From Mesoaciditogaceae bacterium (lineage in GTDB: Bacteria; Thermotogota; Thermotogae; Mesoaciditogales; Mesoaciditogaceae): 64,000 nucleotides of DNA. The notes under the pieces are model-generated. The model was not told the DNA's origin and ran no database searches. It saw nothing but the letters and a program-made list of their open reading frames with translations. Made by a program: the position numbers and the translations under genes. Positions 51,105 through 60,623 of this stretch are shown piece after piece. The DNA lies in contig JAVRKU010000003.1 of NCBI GenBank assembly GCA_031962125.1, positions 3,133 to 67,132 of the forward strand, given 5' to 3'. How positions within the stretch are numbered: the stretch's first letter is position 1; each line of letters begins with the position of its first letter.

Positions 51105-52222
51105 TAATTGAGGGTATTAAAATCGTCGATCCATTTTTTACCGTTGAAAATGGATGGATTCAGTGTTCCGATAAGATTTTATCCGTTGGCGAATTTAAAG
51201 GCAATGCAGGCTCGTCACCGGGGGAGATTCTTATGCCAGGTTTTGTAGACACCCATGTTCATGGGGGTACCGGCCAAGATTTTATGGATCAAAAATTGGA
51301 TTTTGAGAAGCTTGAGAATCATTTCTTTTCTATGGGAGTAACCTCTCTTCTTGCCACAACACTCACGGCTCCTATCGACGAAATAAAAAATGTTGTTGAT
51401 TCAATAAGAAAGAGAATGACAGAAAATCCTTACACGCCATTTATCGGTGTCCATCTTGAAGGACCATTTGTATCTCTAAAGCATGTTGGAGCGCAGAATG
51501 GTTCTTATATAGCTAAAGGCACGATGGATAATGTGAAGAAACTTTTGATCGGCGATGAGGATATCGTTAAGATCATAACCATGGCCATAGAGGAGTGCGA
51601 TGAAAATGCCATCGAATACATCATATCGAAAGGCATTGTTGTTTCTGCCGGCCATTCCGACGCATCTTTTGAAGAATTTACAACTGCACATGATATGGGT
51701 GTCGATCATATCACACACTTTTGCAATGCAATGACCCCGCTTCACCACCGTCATATAGGTCTTATCGGTGCAGGATTAACTTTTGACGATGTTTATCTTG
51801 AGATCATACCGGATGGTATACACTTAGAAGATCACATGCTTTCTTTGATCCTGAAATTTCATCCACATGAACGTATAATTGCAATAACAGATGCGATGAG
51901 AGCAACAGGTTTAAGCGATGGTATTTACGATCTCGGAGGATTGACAGTAAAAGTTGAGAATAACAGTGCACGTCTTACGGATGGCACACTTGCAGGCAGT
52001 ATACTTGAATACAATTATGGATTGAAGAGGCTTCACGATCTCGGACTTACACTAAATCAGATATCAATGGTATCGTCTTTCAATCCATTGAACGTTGCAA
52101 AGTCTTCCACACCTAAAGGAAGGATCCTTCCCGGTTATGATGCTGACTTTGTTCTTATGAATGATGATTTTTCGATCCGAAAAGTCATAAAAAAGGGTAA
52201 AATAGTTTACAATATCGATTAA
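51101..52222 (+). CDS. nagA: N-acetylglucosamine-6-phosphate deacetylase
   Basis: Amidohydrolase fold with PGFVDTHVHGG, AGHSDAS and ITHFCNAM. Overlaps atpD by 4 nt. Confidence 0.88.
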   Translation: MIIEGIKIVDPFFTVENGWIQCSDKILSVGEFKGNAGSSPGEILMPGFVDTHVHGGTGQDFMDQKLDFEKLENHFFSMGVTSLLATTLTAPIDEIKNVVDSIRKRMTENPYTPFIGVHLEGPFVSLKHVGAQNGSYIAKGTMDNVKKLLIGDEDIVKIITMAIEECDENAIEYIISKGIVVSAGHSDASFEEFTTAHDMGVDHITHFCNAMTPLHHRHIGLIGAGLTFDDVYLEIIPDGIHLEDHMLSLILKFHPHERIIAITDAMRATGLSDGIYDLGGLTVKVENNSARLTDGTLAGSILEYNYGLKRLHDLGLTLNQISMVSSFNPLNVAKSSTPKGRILPGYDADFVLMNDDFSIRKVIKKGKIVYNID

Positions 52223-52276
52223 AATCTCCTTTGATGTGGTAAAATCGTCATAAGAGTAAAAAGGAGGGTAAAATAA

Positions 52277-52924
52277 ATGTCCTTTGGAGATTTTTTGCAC
52301 GGTGGAGGTTCTGTACTCGTTATAATAATAATTCTAGGCTTAATCGGACTTTTCTTCTTCTTCGAAAGGCTTTTTGTTCTTCTCAGGGAGAAGAGTGAGA
52401 TGAATGCAATTGCTTTAAAAGTAAGAAATTCGATTGCACAGAAGAATATCACGGCTGCAAAGCAACATTGCAGGGCATCTTCTACACTTTTTTCATCGAT
52501 TATGCTCAAAGCTTTCGAGTATTACGATCAGCAGAAAATTGGAGAGTTTGACGGATCTTTAAAAGATCTTATCAATGAAGAATCACTAAAGCTTGAGAGA
52601 AATTACAGATACATAAATATCATGGCTGCCCTGGCCCCCTTATTTGGATTTCTTGGCACTGTTATAGGAATGATAAAAATTTTCGGCGGTTTACAATCTT
52701 CAATAGATAACACCCAGGCACTCCAACAGCATATTAGCATTTTCACACAAGGCATCTCTGTTGCACTTTATACAACTGTGGGTGGTCTTGCCGTAGCAAT
52801 ACCGTTGATCATATTGATAACGGTGTTGAGAGATATTGAAGACAGAATAGTCGAATCAACGACTGAAGAAGTGAGATCAACTGTTACAAAGTTAAAGTCT
52901 CTGCCACTTGAGGAGGTTCAATAA
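52277..52924 (+). CDS. exbB: MotA/TolQ/ExbB family proton-channel protein
   Basis: Three TM helices and a conserved C-terminal segment (APLFGFLGTVIGMI...ALYTTVGGLAVAIP). Confidence 0.85.
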   Translation: MSFGDFLHGGGSVLVIIIILGLIGLFFFFERLFVLLREKSEMNAIALKVRNSIAQKNITAAKQHCRASSTLFSSIMLKAFEYYDQQKIGEFDGSLKDLINEESLKLERNYRYINIMAALAPLFGFLGTVIGMIKIFGGLQSSIDNTQALQQHISIFTQGISVALYTTVGGLAVAIPLIILITVLRDIEDRIVESTTEEVRSTVTKLKSLPLEEVQ

Positions 52925-53359
52925 ATGAAAAAAAGAGATACGGATAGTCTCCTTTGGTTTGGAATAGAGCTTGTATCTCTTTTGAGCATCACTTTTATAT
53001 TGATAATGTTTTTGGCAATTTCAAATGTCTTTATTATCCCCGTTGCCGGAGGGACACAGATAAAACAATTCGGAATAAATTTACCAAATGCCGTCGTCAC
53101 CATTCCGCTTTCGCAGGAAAAAACCGGTTTTCTGGTGGTAATAAATGCCTCTAATGATGTTTACATTGGCAATAATAATGTGGGGATAAGTGAATTGACA
53201 TCTTCTCTCTCTGCTTATATTCAGCAATACGGTACTCCGACATCTGTTAAGATCGCGGCCGATAGCGCTGCTTCTTACGGGACAATCGTTCAGGTAATGG
53301 ATACATTGAGAAAAGATGGCATAAGTAATGTCGATTTTATAGTTGGACAATCTAAATGA
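52925..53359 (+). CDS. exbD: ExbD/TolR family protein
   Basis: ~140 aa with a single N-terminal TM helix and a periplasmic domain (V.I.AD....YG.VV.VMD-like: VKIAADSAASYGTIVQVMD). Confidence 0.82.
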   Translation: MKKRDTDSLLWFGIELVSLLSITFILIMFLAISNVFIIPVAGGTQIKQFGINLPNAVVTIPLSQEKTGFLVVINASNDVYIGNNNVGISELTSSLSAYIQQYGTPTSVKIAADSAASYGTIVQVMDTLRKDGISNVDFIVGQSK

Positions 53360-54101
53360 AGAAGATGATTTTGTGAAGTACTCAACTCAAGCGGCAATTT
53401 TAGCTATAATATCTATTTTTTTAATCTTGCTTGGTGCTGCTGCGCTTCTTCCGCCTCAAAAGGTTCAAAAGACAGTTCAGACCTATTCACCCGGAAATCT
53501 CTCTGTCCAGTTTGCTATGCTCGAAAAACCACCGGCACCATCCTTAACACCTTACGCTGTTGTCATAAAACCATCAACGCCTGTAAGTACGGCGGTACCT
53601 GCAACTTTAGTTGCGGCCTTATCTCAGTTCCAGCAAACGCCTGCTCCTGCTCCAAAACAGACAGTTGCTGTCCCGCAAAGTTCTACCCCAAAATCTTCTC
53701 CAACGCAGACTTATATTCTGCCTCAGATTCCATCTGAGATCCCAAAATCTTCCGCACAACCATCTCTGCCATCTACAATATATACATTTACAAATTTGTC
53801 TAATATACCTAACTTTCAATCTCTTGTAAATCAAATGAGAAGAGATTATATAAAAGCACTTTCAAATTTGCCAAATGAAATAGCCTATACGCTTGCCGGT
53901 ACGGTGAAAGGTATAGTTGGAATTCAAAAAGATGGAAGTGTTAAAGTTATAAAGATCATAAGCTCACCAAGTGTTGTTTTAACGGACATATACGTGAGAA
54001 ACATAGAACAATTCGTAACCTTCCCAAGAAGCTATGCCCTTGAAGGTATAGAGATAGACACAACATTCACTCCATCTGCAAGCAGTGTTTCGGCTAAGTG
54101 A
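53343..54101 (+). CDS. TonB-like energy-transducer protein
   Basis: N-terminal TM helix, Pro/Ser/Thr-rich spacer, and a C-terminal ~80-aa segment resembling TonB_C (GTVKGIVGIQKDGSVKVIKIISSPS). Start is uncertain (TTG 53343 or GTG 53370). Confidence 0.6.
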   Translation: MDNLNEEDDFVKYSTQAAILAIISIFLILLGAAALLPPQKVQKTVQTYSPGNLSVQFAMLEKPPAPSLTPYAVVIKPSTPVSTAVPATLVAALSQFQQTPAPAPKQTVAVPQSSTPKSSPTQTYILPQIPSEIPKSSAQPSLPSTIYTFTNLSNIPNFQSLVNQMRRDYIKALSNLPNEIAYTLAGTVKGIVGIQKDGSVKVIKIISSPSVVLTDIYVRNIEQFVTFPRSYALEGIEIDTTFTPSASSVSAK

Positions 54102-55538
54102 TCACCATCTCGTCGTTATCTCTGACATCTCTGTAGGAATGAGGTCGTATTTTTTTAAAAAATTTCTCACATCTTTTTTTGCATAAACTCTCACTAACTG
54201 GAGCATATTTCCAGATATTATTTTGTAGGTTGGATACTTCTTCTCAAATTCTTCAAAGGTCATAACGTCGCCAAGATCGTTATGAATGTAAACTTTCGTG
54301 GATAAAAATTCATCTGGATAAAAGAGCGTTAATTTATAAGGGGTATCAACCATGAAAAGTTCATCAAATTCATCTAAAGTTGATCTGGCAATCTCAAGAT
54401 CCGCCGCTTCCATCTTCGAACCATTCATTACAGCTTCAAGCCTTTTTTTCATCTTTTTCATCGTTCCCTCGCCCAATGACTTCGAAACTGTTCCTGGATC
54501 TATTCCGGTCGTCGTATAAGGTATCTCGACGATGAGTTTCCAGAGATCTCTACTTTTGAGCCTCTTTATTATCTTATGGGCACTTTCAAGGTCTTCATCT
54601 ACATTAGATTGATATTCGTGAAGAAATTCTATCCTCTGAATGATGAATTCATCTGTCAGCTCCATGAATTTATCGAGATCATCGAGGTATTCTGAAAGTT
54701 TCAGAGGTTTTATTGAATGTCTCAGGAGATCCTGAACCATCATGTCTGCCGCTCTTGATGTTTTATGAAAATAAACATTTTTATACATCATAAAACGGCC
54801 AAAGAGAACCGTGTACATGTCATCGACCGTTTTTATGTTGTAAGACAAAAATTTTCTCCCGTTACTTTCCATTATAGCTGAATTTCTGATGATCCTATCC
54901 ATTGGCACCGTGCCGTAATATCTAACGCCACTGAAATAAGCATCTCTAAGCACAAAATCCATTCTATCAGCACCCAGAGGCCCCTGTACCGTGTTGAAGA
55001 TCGGATCGCCGGAATCCTCACCTTCAAAAATGGCATTGACATGCTCCATGATAACATTAAAAGGATTTTCTGGCACATTTCCAAGCGTGTTTTCTATATC
55101 TTCAAGTACACTTTTTTTGAAATTTTCATCCGAAGCATCAAATTTCGCTTTCAAAAGTTCGGGAAGCTTTTCAAGGAGCAATCTCTTTCTGAATTCATCA
55201 TGGCCCTCTTCATATCCGAATTGAGCATAGACGACATCATCAAATTGATGACTGAAAGGACCGTGCCCAACATCATGAAGCAAACCTGCAAGTCTCGATA
55301 ATCTAAACTCGGGTGAATCACCTCCAAAGAGGTGAGCCGCATAAAGACCTGAAACATGCATGACGCCAAGAGAATGAGAAAAACGCGTATGCGTAGCTGC
55401 CGGATAGCTCATCTGTGCGCCCACAAGCTGGGAAAGGTACCTCAATCTCTGAACGGCCGGTGTATCAACACACAGGATCTCGAGGGGATACATGAAGATC
55501 TCGGCATAAAGCGGATCTCTCGATACTTTATAATACAT
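54102..55538 (-). CDS. HD-domain phosphohydrolase (dNTP triphosphohydrolase-like)
   Basis: RFSHSLGVMH and LLHDVGHGPFSH motifs. 478 aa. Confidence 0.8.
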   Translation of the reverse strand: MYYKVSRDPLYAEIFMYPLEILCVDTPAVQRLRYLSQLVGAQMSYPAATHTRFSHSLGVMHVSGLYAAHLFGGDSPEFRLSRLAGLLHDVGHGPFSHQFDDVVYAQFGYEEGHDEFRKRLLLEKLPELLKAKFDASDENFKKSVLEDIENTLGNVPENPFNVIMEHVNAIFEGEDSGDPIFNTVQGPLGADRMDFVLRDAYFSGVRYYGTVPMDRIIRNSAIMESNGRKFLSYNIKTVDDMYTVLFGRFMMYKNVYFHKTSRAADMMVQDLLRHSIKPLKLSEYLDDLDKFMELTDEFIIQRIEFLHEYQSNVDEDLESAHKIIKRLKSRDLWKLIVEIPYTTTGIDPGTVSKSLGEGTMKKMKKRLEAVMNGSKMEAADLEIARSTLDEFDELFMVDTPYKLTLFYPDEFLSTKVYIHNDLGDVMTFEEFEKKYPTYKIISGNMLQLVRVYAKKDVRNFLKKYDLIPTEMSEITTRW

Positions 55539-55539
55539 A

Positions 55540-56619
55540 TCACCATCGCCCGTTCAATGAAAGATTGTAGGAAGCTGAAGAAGATGGATTATTTTCACTC
55601 CATAGATCTAAATACACTTTATAAACGTGGAAAGCGACACCGTATCTGAATGCTCCGGATTGTGAAATAGATCCAAAGATCCTTTGACTCCACAGATCAA
55701 GAATGCCAGAAGCTCCGATGCCATTTGAATAACTTCCAACTACCGCAGTTAATGGGCCGAAAACGCCGGATAGCTCAACCTCATCATTTTGATTAGTATG
55801 ATCAAGTGCAAAATACACGCCATTCATGACATTAACTCTCCATATCCATGAAACATTCACAGATGGAAGACCGGTTGATGATGACACTATCGTGATCTCC
55901 GGACAGATATCCATCTGACCCGGAGGTAAAGGATACGCAAGACCGATAGTTAGATTTCCAAGTGTTTTGAATGATGTGAAATAATCATACTGGGCGAAAA
56001 TTCCTAGCCTTGCATATATATCAGGATAAGTACCGCCTGACGAGTACTGTGAGATGTAATTCATAACCTGGGATACGTAAGCCTGTGTTTCTGGATATGG
56101 TGGAATACCATTGTAGTAAGAGACGGCTCCGGGACCCGCATTATATGCTGCAATGGCGAGCTTGAGAGAATTGAACTGCTTTACGTACTGCTTTATATAG
56201 CTCATGGCTCCTGCCACGCTCTGGAATGGATCATACGTATTCTGAACTCCAAAGGCTGGTGCCGTGGTTGGAAGAAATTGCATGAGACCCTGGGCACCAG
56301 CAGAAGAAAGAGAGTAATTTTGAAAGGCACTTTCTGCCTTGGCTATTGCGATTGCAACTGGAAGATCCGATGATTCTATGGGAAGCTGTGAAAAGTTCAT
56401 CCATGGAATTTTAATCGTAAATCCAACTCCAACATTCAACTGTCCTGACATTCCATACCCGACATCGTATCCTATACCAGGATAATAGTAAAGCGAATAA
56501 GGCTGGACTGAAAGAGGCAAAAAGGGTGTGTCAATCGAAAAACCTCCAATTATCGGTGAGGCAAAACTGTAAATGACAATAACAGCGATGAACGATGATA
56601 AAATTATAAATTTTCTCAC
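55540..56619 (-). CDS. Lytic transglycosylase (SLT domain) with N- and C-terminal extensions
   Basis: AESAFQ (catalytic Glu), GAQGLMQFLP and AYNAGPG. N-terminal TM/signal segment. Confidence 0.82.
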   Translation of the reverse strand: MRKFIILSSFIAVIVIYSFASPIIGGFSIDTPFLPLSVQPYSLYYYPGIGYDVGYGMSGQLNVGVGFTIKIPWMNFSQLPIESSDLPVAIAIAKAESAFQNYSLSSAGAQGLMQFLPTTAPAFGVQNTYDPFQSVAGAMSYIKQYVKQFNSLKLAIAAYNAGPGAVSYYNGIPPYPETQAYVSQVMNYISQYSSGGTYPDIYARLGIFAQYDYFTSFKTLGNLTIGLAYPLPPGQMDICPEITIVSSSTGLPSVNVSWIWRVNVMNGVYFALDHTNQNDEVELSGVFGPLTAVVGSYSNGIGASGILDLWSQRIFGSISQSGAFRYGVAFHVYKVYLDLWSENNPSSSASYNLSLNGRW

Positions 56620-57314
56620 TTCGCACCTCCAAAAAATTTTAAATTCATTGAATCTTCTTTCAAAACTGGTACAACATTTTTTTCAATCAAAGAGGCTTCG
56701 AGATCTCCATTCATCTCATTCTCTGAAAGATATCTACCGTGGTGGGCACTTTTGAGAATCCTCATTGGATCTTCATCGGCCATTTTCAACGCAACCACGG
56801 CTCCATCATTAAGAGCCGGCATTGAAAACAATGAGATATACTTTCCAGCTGTGTAGGTATCTTCTAAAGAAACTTCACCGTGACTTCCGGCACATACAAT
56901 AAGCACATTCTCAAAAGCCTTAGAATAATTTGCAACAGCTTTAAGGTTAGATAATGACATCGCTATGAGCCGCCCATATTTTTCAAAGTTTTTAATTGTT
57001 TTGGTACCGTTCGTTGTTGTCAATATCACATTTCTACCCGATACCGTCTCACGGGTAAACTCAAAAGGAGAATTGCCGAGATCAAATCCATCTATTTTAA
57101 AAGATCTTCTTTCACCAGCTAATACAGAAGATGGGACAAATGCTTTAAATTTCTGCGCTTCCTCGATAGATCTCACCGGATAAACACCCATTGCTCCTAC
57201 CTCAATTGCTTTAGCAATAACAGTGGTCGCTCTTAATGTATCTATGACTATCACAACATCGTAAGAATCCAGTACTGGTTTTTGTAAAGGTAACAACAAA
57301 GCCTCTATGCGCAT
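56616..57314 (-). CDS. comB: 2-phosphosulfolactate phosphatase (ComB) family protein
   Basis: VVIDTLRATT motif, ~230 aa. Confidence 0.78.
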   Translation of the reverse strand: MRIEALLLPLQKPVLDSYDVVIVIDTLRATTVIAKAIEVGAMGVYPVRSIEEAQKFKAFVPSSVLAGERRSFKIDGFDLGNSPFEFTRETVSGRNVILTTTNGTKTIKNFEKYGRLIAMSLSNLKAVANYSKAFENVLIVCAGSHGEVSLEDTYTAGKYISLFSMPALNDGAVVALKMADEDPMRILKSAHHGRYLSENEMNGDLEASLIEKNVVPVLKEDSMNLKFFGGAK

Positions 57315-57315
57315 T

Positions 57316-58119
57316 TCAAAACCTCAAAATGAAATATACGAAGAAAAAAGTTCCAAAACTTGACAAAACAATGAAATAATCCGGAGCAGAGAAAACCATC
57401 TGCCTGTATTTCGTCCGTCCTGTGGCCCCCCTGTAACATCTTGCCTCCATCGCTATCGCCAGATCATCCGCCATCTTTATGGCTCCAACAAAGAGTGGAA
57501 TTATTAGTGGAACCATTCCTTTAGCCCTTTGAATGAGGCCACCACTATCGAATTTAGCCCCTCTTGAAAGCTGGGCTCTTACTATATGATCAGCTTCCAC
57601 TGAAAGTACCGGTATAAATCTAAAGGCTATGCTCATCATCATCGAAAAATCATGTGACCATTCTTTTGGGAATCTCATTTTACTCATGATACCTTCTATC
57701 CCGTCTGCTATTTGTATGGGAGATGTTGTCAGTGTCAACATCGAAGCAGACAGAATTATGAGAATAAGCCTTAGTACTATAAAAGAAGTATTTATGATCG
57801 CTAAATCGGTGATCCTTAAAGGACCAAATACAAGCAAAACGCGTCCGGAACCAGAAAAAATTTGAAAAATAGCCGTCAGTGCTATAAGTATCCATAGAGA
57901 TTTTATCCCCTTGATATAGTAAAAAATGGATATACCACTTAACAGGATCATGAAAATTACCAGTACACCGAGAAATAAATACTGATAAAAATTTGTTGCA
58001 ACAAAAACATCAACTATAAAAACAAGTAAAAATAATATCTTTGCCCTTGGATCAAGAGAGTGAATGAAAGAATTTTTTGGAATGTACTGACCTATCGTTA
58101 TGTTGCCTATGAAGTTCAT
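57316..58119 (-). CDS. ecfT: ECF transporter transmembrane (T) component, CbiQ/EcfT family
   Basis: ~265-aa polytopic protein with conserved Arg-containing coupling helices (AMEARCYRG). Confidence 0.8.
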   Translation of the reverse strand: MNFIGNITIGQYIPKNSFIHSLDPRAKILFLLVFIVDVFVATNFYQYLFLGVLVIFMILLSGISIFYYIKGIKSLWILIALTAIFQIFSGSGRVLLVFGPLRITDLAIINTSFIVLRLILIILSASMLTLTTSPIQIADGIEGIMSKMRFPKEWSHDFSMMMSIAFRFIPVLSVEADHIVRAQLSRGAKFDSGGLIQRAKGMVPLIIPLFVGAIKMADDLAIAMEARCYRGATGRTKYRQMVFSAPDYFIVLSSFGTFFFVYFILRF

Positions 58120-58128
58120 AAGAAATAT

Positions 58129-58599
58129 TCACTCTTTAAGAAGACACACGGCCATCGCCGATGCCCCTTCCTTTCTTCCAATAAATCCCATCCCTTCATT
58201 GGTTGTGGCCTTTATGCTTACCCGCGAAGAGGTTATCTTTAAAGCCTGGGAGATCTTTTCTTTCATCTTATCTATATATGGCGATATCTTTGGTTCTTCC
58301 ATCACGACCATCACATCTATGTAATCTATTGCAAAATTTGCTTTCGAAAGCATCATACCAACTTTTTCAAGTATGATCATGGAAGAGATACCTTTGTACC
58401 GCGGATCTGATGGTGGAAAATGAATGCCTATATCCCCCAGTCCTCCTGCACCTAATAGGGCATCTGCTATCGCATGGGCCACAACATCTGCATCGCTGTG
58501 ACCTTCAAGCCTCTTGAAATAAGGTATTTCAATACCACCGAGAATAACATTCGAACCATTCACAAACCTGTGAACATCGTATCCTATTCCCGCACGCAT
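58129..58599 (-). CDS. ispF: 2-C-methyl-D-erythritol 2,4-cyclodiphosphate synthase
   Basis: GIGYDVHRF, GHSDADVVAHAIADALLGA. Confidence 0.95.
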   Translation of the reverse strand: MRAGIGYDVHRFVNGSNVILGGIEIPYFKRLEGHSDADVVAHAIADALLGAGGLGDIGIHFPPSDPRYKGISSMIILEKVGMMLSKANFAIDYIDVMVVMEEPKISPYIDKMKEKISQALKITSSRVSIKATTNEGMGFIGRKEGASAMAVCLLKE

Positions 58600-59687
58600 C
58601 AGATCCTCACCGGCATAACTATGAAAAAATAACCTTTGAGATCCGGGGTATCTATCATCAAAGGTTTATTGGCATCAACAAAATTTAACTGGATTTTTTC
58701 TTCTTCTGTATGATTCAAAGCGTCAAGTATGAAATTAGGATTAAAAGCTACTGTAAGCGGTTCTCCCTCCACCTGAGCATCTATCATTTCCTCCGCTTCA
58801 CCGAGATCAGCACTTCTTGAAGAGAATTTTATCCCATCATTCTCTATACCGAATTTAATGGTTTCCGAACCGACCCTTGTCATTATGCTTACACGTCTTA
58901 CAGCCGATCTTAAAATATTTCTATTCACGACAACTCTCGTTTTGAATTCCTCAGGAATAACCCTTCTATAATTTGGAAAATCTGCATCGACTATCTTACA
59001 GACGAGAACCGTGTTGCCAAAATCAAATGCTATCTGCTTATTTTCAAATCTTAACTTCACATTTTCAGCGTTTGAAGAAGAAAGTGTCCGTGCAAGCTCC
59101 TTAACAGCTCTAAGTGAAAGAAGAAAATTAAGATTGAAAGCCCCATCAACCTTTTCTTCCGCTAAAGCCATTCTAAATCCGTCAACTGCTACCGTCCTTG
59201 ATATTCCCTTTTCCATCTCAAAATAAACACCGTTCAGATTTCTCATGTTCTCATCATTTGCAGAACTGAAAAAGACTCTATCGATCATCGAATAAAGTTG
59301 AACTCTTTTCATATCGAACTGAATTCCATCAACTGGAATCTTCACTTCAGGAAAATCAGATCCATCCTGTATGAAAACCTGAAATTTACTTTTTCCGGAT
59401 AAAATGTCAAGTTTCTGCCCATCGATCAAGAATTTAACTTCCTGATCTGAAAGACTCTTCACTATTTCAGTGATGGTTTTTGCGTCAACCACAAAAGACT
59501 TTTCTCCGGAAACACCGGGAATTCTTGATCTCACAGCAAATTCCATGTCCGTTGCTGTCATGATTAATCCGTCGTTGAACTGAAAAAGCACGCCGTTCAA
59601 AACAGGCCTTATGGGCCTTGAAGCAACAGCCCGTGAGAGCGATTCAAGGTGTGAAGATAAAAGATCCCTGTTAAGTGTAAAGTCCAT
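58599..59687 (-). CDS. dnaN: DNA polymerase III beta sliding clamp
   Basis: 362 aa with an N-terminal pattern (F.L.R..L...L..V...V..R...PVL.GVLF). Length fits three clamp domains. Shares 1 nt with ispF. Confidence 0.88.
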   Translation of the reverse strand: MDFTLNRDLLSSHLESLSRAVASRPIRPVLNGVLFQFNDGLIMTATDMEFAVRSRIPGVSGEKSFVVDAKTITEIVKSLSDQEVKFLIDGQKLDILSGKSKFQVFIQDGSDFPEVKIPVDGIQFDMKRVQLYSMIDRVFFSSANDENMRNLNGVYFEMEKGISRTVAVDGFRMALAEEKVDGAFNLNFLLSLRAVKELARTLSSSNAENVKLRFENKQIAFDFGNTVLVCKIVDADFPNYRRVIPEEFKTRVVVNRNILRSAVRRVSIMTRVGSETIKFGIENDGIKFSSRSADLGEAEEMIDAQVEGEPLTVAFNPNFILDALNHTEEEKIQLNFVDANKPLMIDTPDLKGYFFIVMPVRI

Positions 59688-59702
59688 TTTGAAACCTCCT
59701 TG

Positions 59703-60623
59703 TTATGGATCGTAGAGCACATCAAAAGTAATTATACCATTCAAAGCCATTTTAAGTTCAGATAAAAACCATTGTGGGTTCAGATCATTTCTGATTGAAA
59801 CAGAGTTAACTCCTACAGCAATGACATTGATACCTTTTACAACCTCAAAATCAAAATCGTCTGAAAGCACAAAATTGGCTGAAGGAACTATGAGCTTACA
59901 CCTTATCTTAGAAAGAATAGATCTATCTAAAACTCTGGGGATATATACCCATTCAGCATCTCCTGACATTTCTAAAATTCTGGAAATATCTTCATCTGAA
60001 TTTAGAAACTCAATGCCATTTTTTGTCGAAATTACAATTTCTTCCTCATGACCCGACAAATTTGACTTGATATCCCCGGAGATCTCAGGCGAGAGTAGTT
60101 TTTTGATACTCTTCACAGTTTTCGAAATCGGATCATCGATCACAGCACCTGTAACGACTATCGTTGCATCAACGTAAGATGCGATTCCGGTTCTTCCAAA
60201 TGCACCATCTATTATAACTCTGTCACAGAATTCAAGAAGGTATCCTGCCATTCTTCCAGTCAGATCGAATCCCCCGATTCTAACAGTCTGAATTTCGAGG
60301 TTGGTAATAGCTTTTATCAATGCAACCATTCCGGATGGAGTATCAAAAGTTTCCACGATCTCGGAACCTTTAGGTATGAAAGAAACCGGTACTATGGCAA
60401 AATTACCTTCTGGTAACAGTACCGGAGGTTTTGGTATCCCATAAAGAACATCTCTCTCCTCGCCATCGTGCCCTATCGTGATAACACAGGATCTTAAGAA
60501 ACTTTTGATCAAAAAATTAACAAAAGTGGTCTTGCCAACATTCTTGGCAAGACCTACAACAGCTATTTTTTTATAGGCCTTTATCTTCTCTAAGAATTTT
60601 TCTCTGTCTGAGATTTTTTCCAC
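59703..60623 (-). CDS. Uncharacterised protein with an N-terminal P-loop-like motif, translationally coupled to kamA
   Basis: KKIAVVGLAKNVGKTTF resembles a Walker A / Mur-ligase- or MobB-type loop. No family recognised. Overlaps the kamA 3' end by 34 nt. Confidence 0.4.
   Translation of the reverse strand: MEKISDREKFLEKIKAYKKIAVVGLAKNVGKTTFVNFLIKSFLRSCVITIGHDGEERDVLYGIPKPPVLLPEGNFAIVPVSFIPKGSEIVETFDTPSGMVALIKAITNLEIQTVRIGGFDLTGRMAGYLLEFCDRVIIDGAFGRTGIASYVDATIVVTGAVIDDPISKTVKSIKKLLSPEISGDIKSNLSGHEEEIVISTKNGIEFLNSDEDISRILEMSGDAEWVYIPRVLDRSILSKIRCKLIVPSANFVLSDDFDFEVVKGINVIAVGVNSVSIRNDLNPQWFLSELKMALNGIITFDVLYDP

Noticed and set aside
53611-53834. Overlapping 71/72-aa ORFs on both strands, with apparent repetitiveness
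   Set aside because: This is the Pro/Ser/Thr/Gln-rich spacer of the TonB-like protein. The low-complexity coding sequence keeps other frames open. I could see no discrete nucleotide repeat array.
54102-55538. HD-domain dNTPase-like protein as an anti-phage dGTPase-type defence gene
   Set aside because: It is embedded between housekeeping genes with 1-nt spacing, with no neighbouring defence or mobile genes. HD dNTP triphosphohydrolases are common housekeeping enzymes, so there is no sequence-level reason to call it defence.
58599-59687. dnaN as a marker for the replication origin
   Set aside because: No dnaA gene and no cluster of TTATCCACA-like boxes or AT-rich unwinding element flanks it. 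dnaN sits in the middle of a tightly packed co-directional array (kamA ... HD hydrolase).
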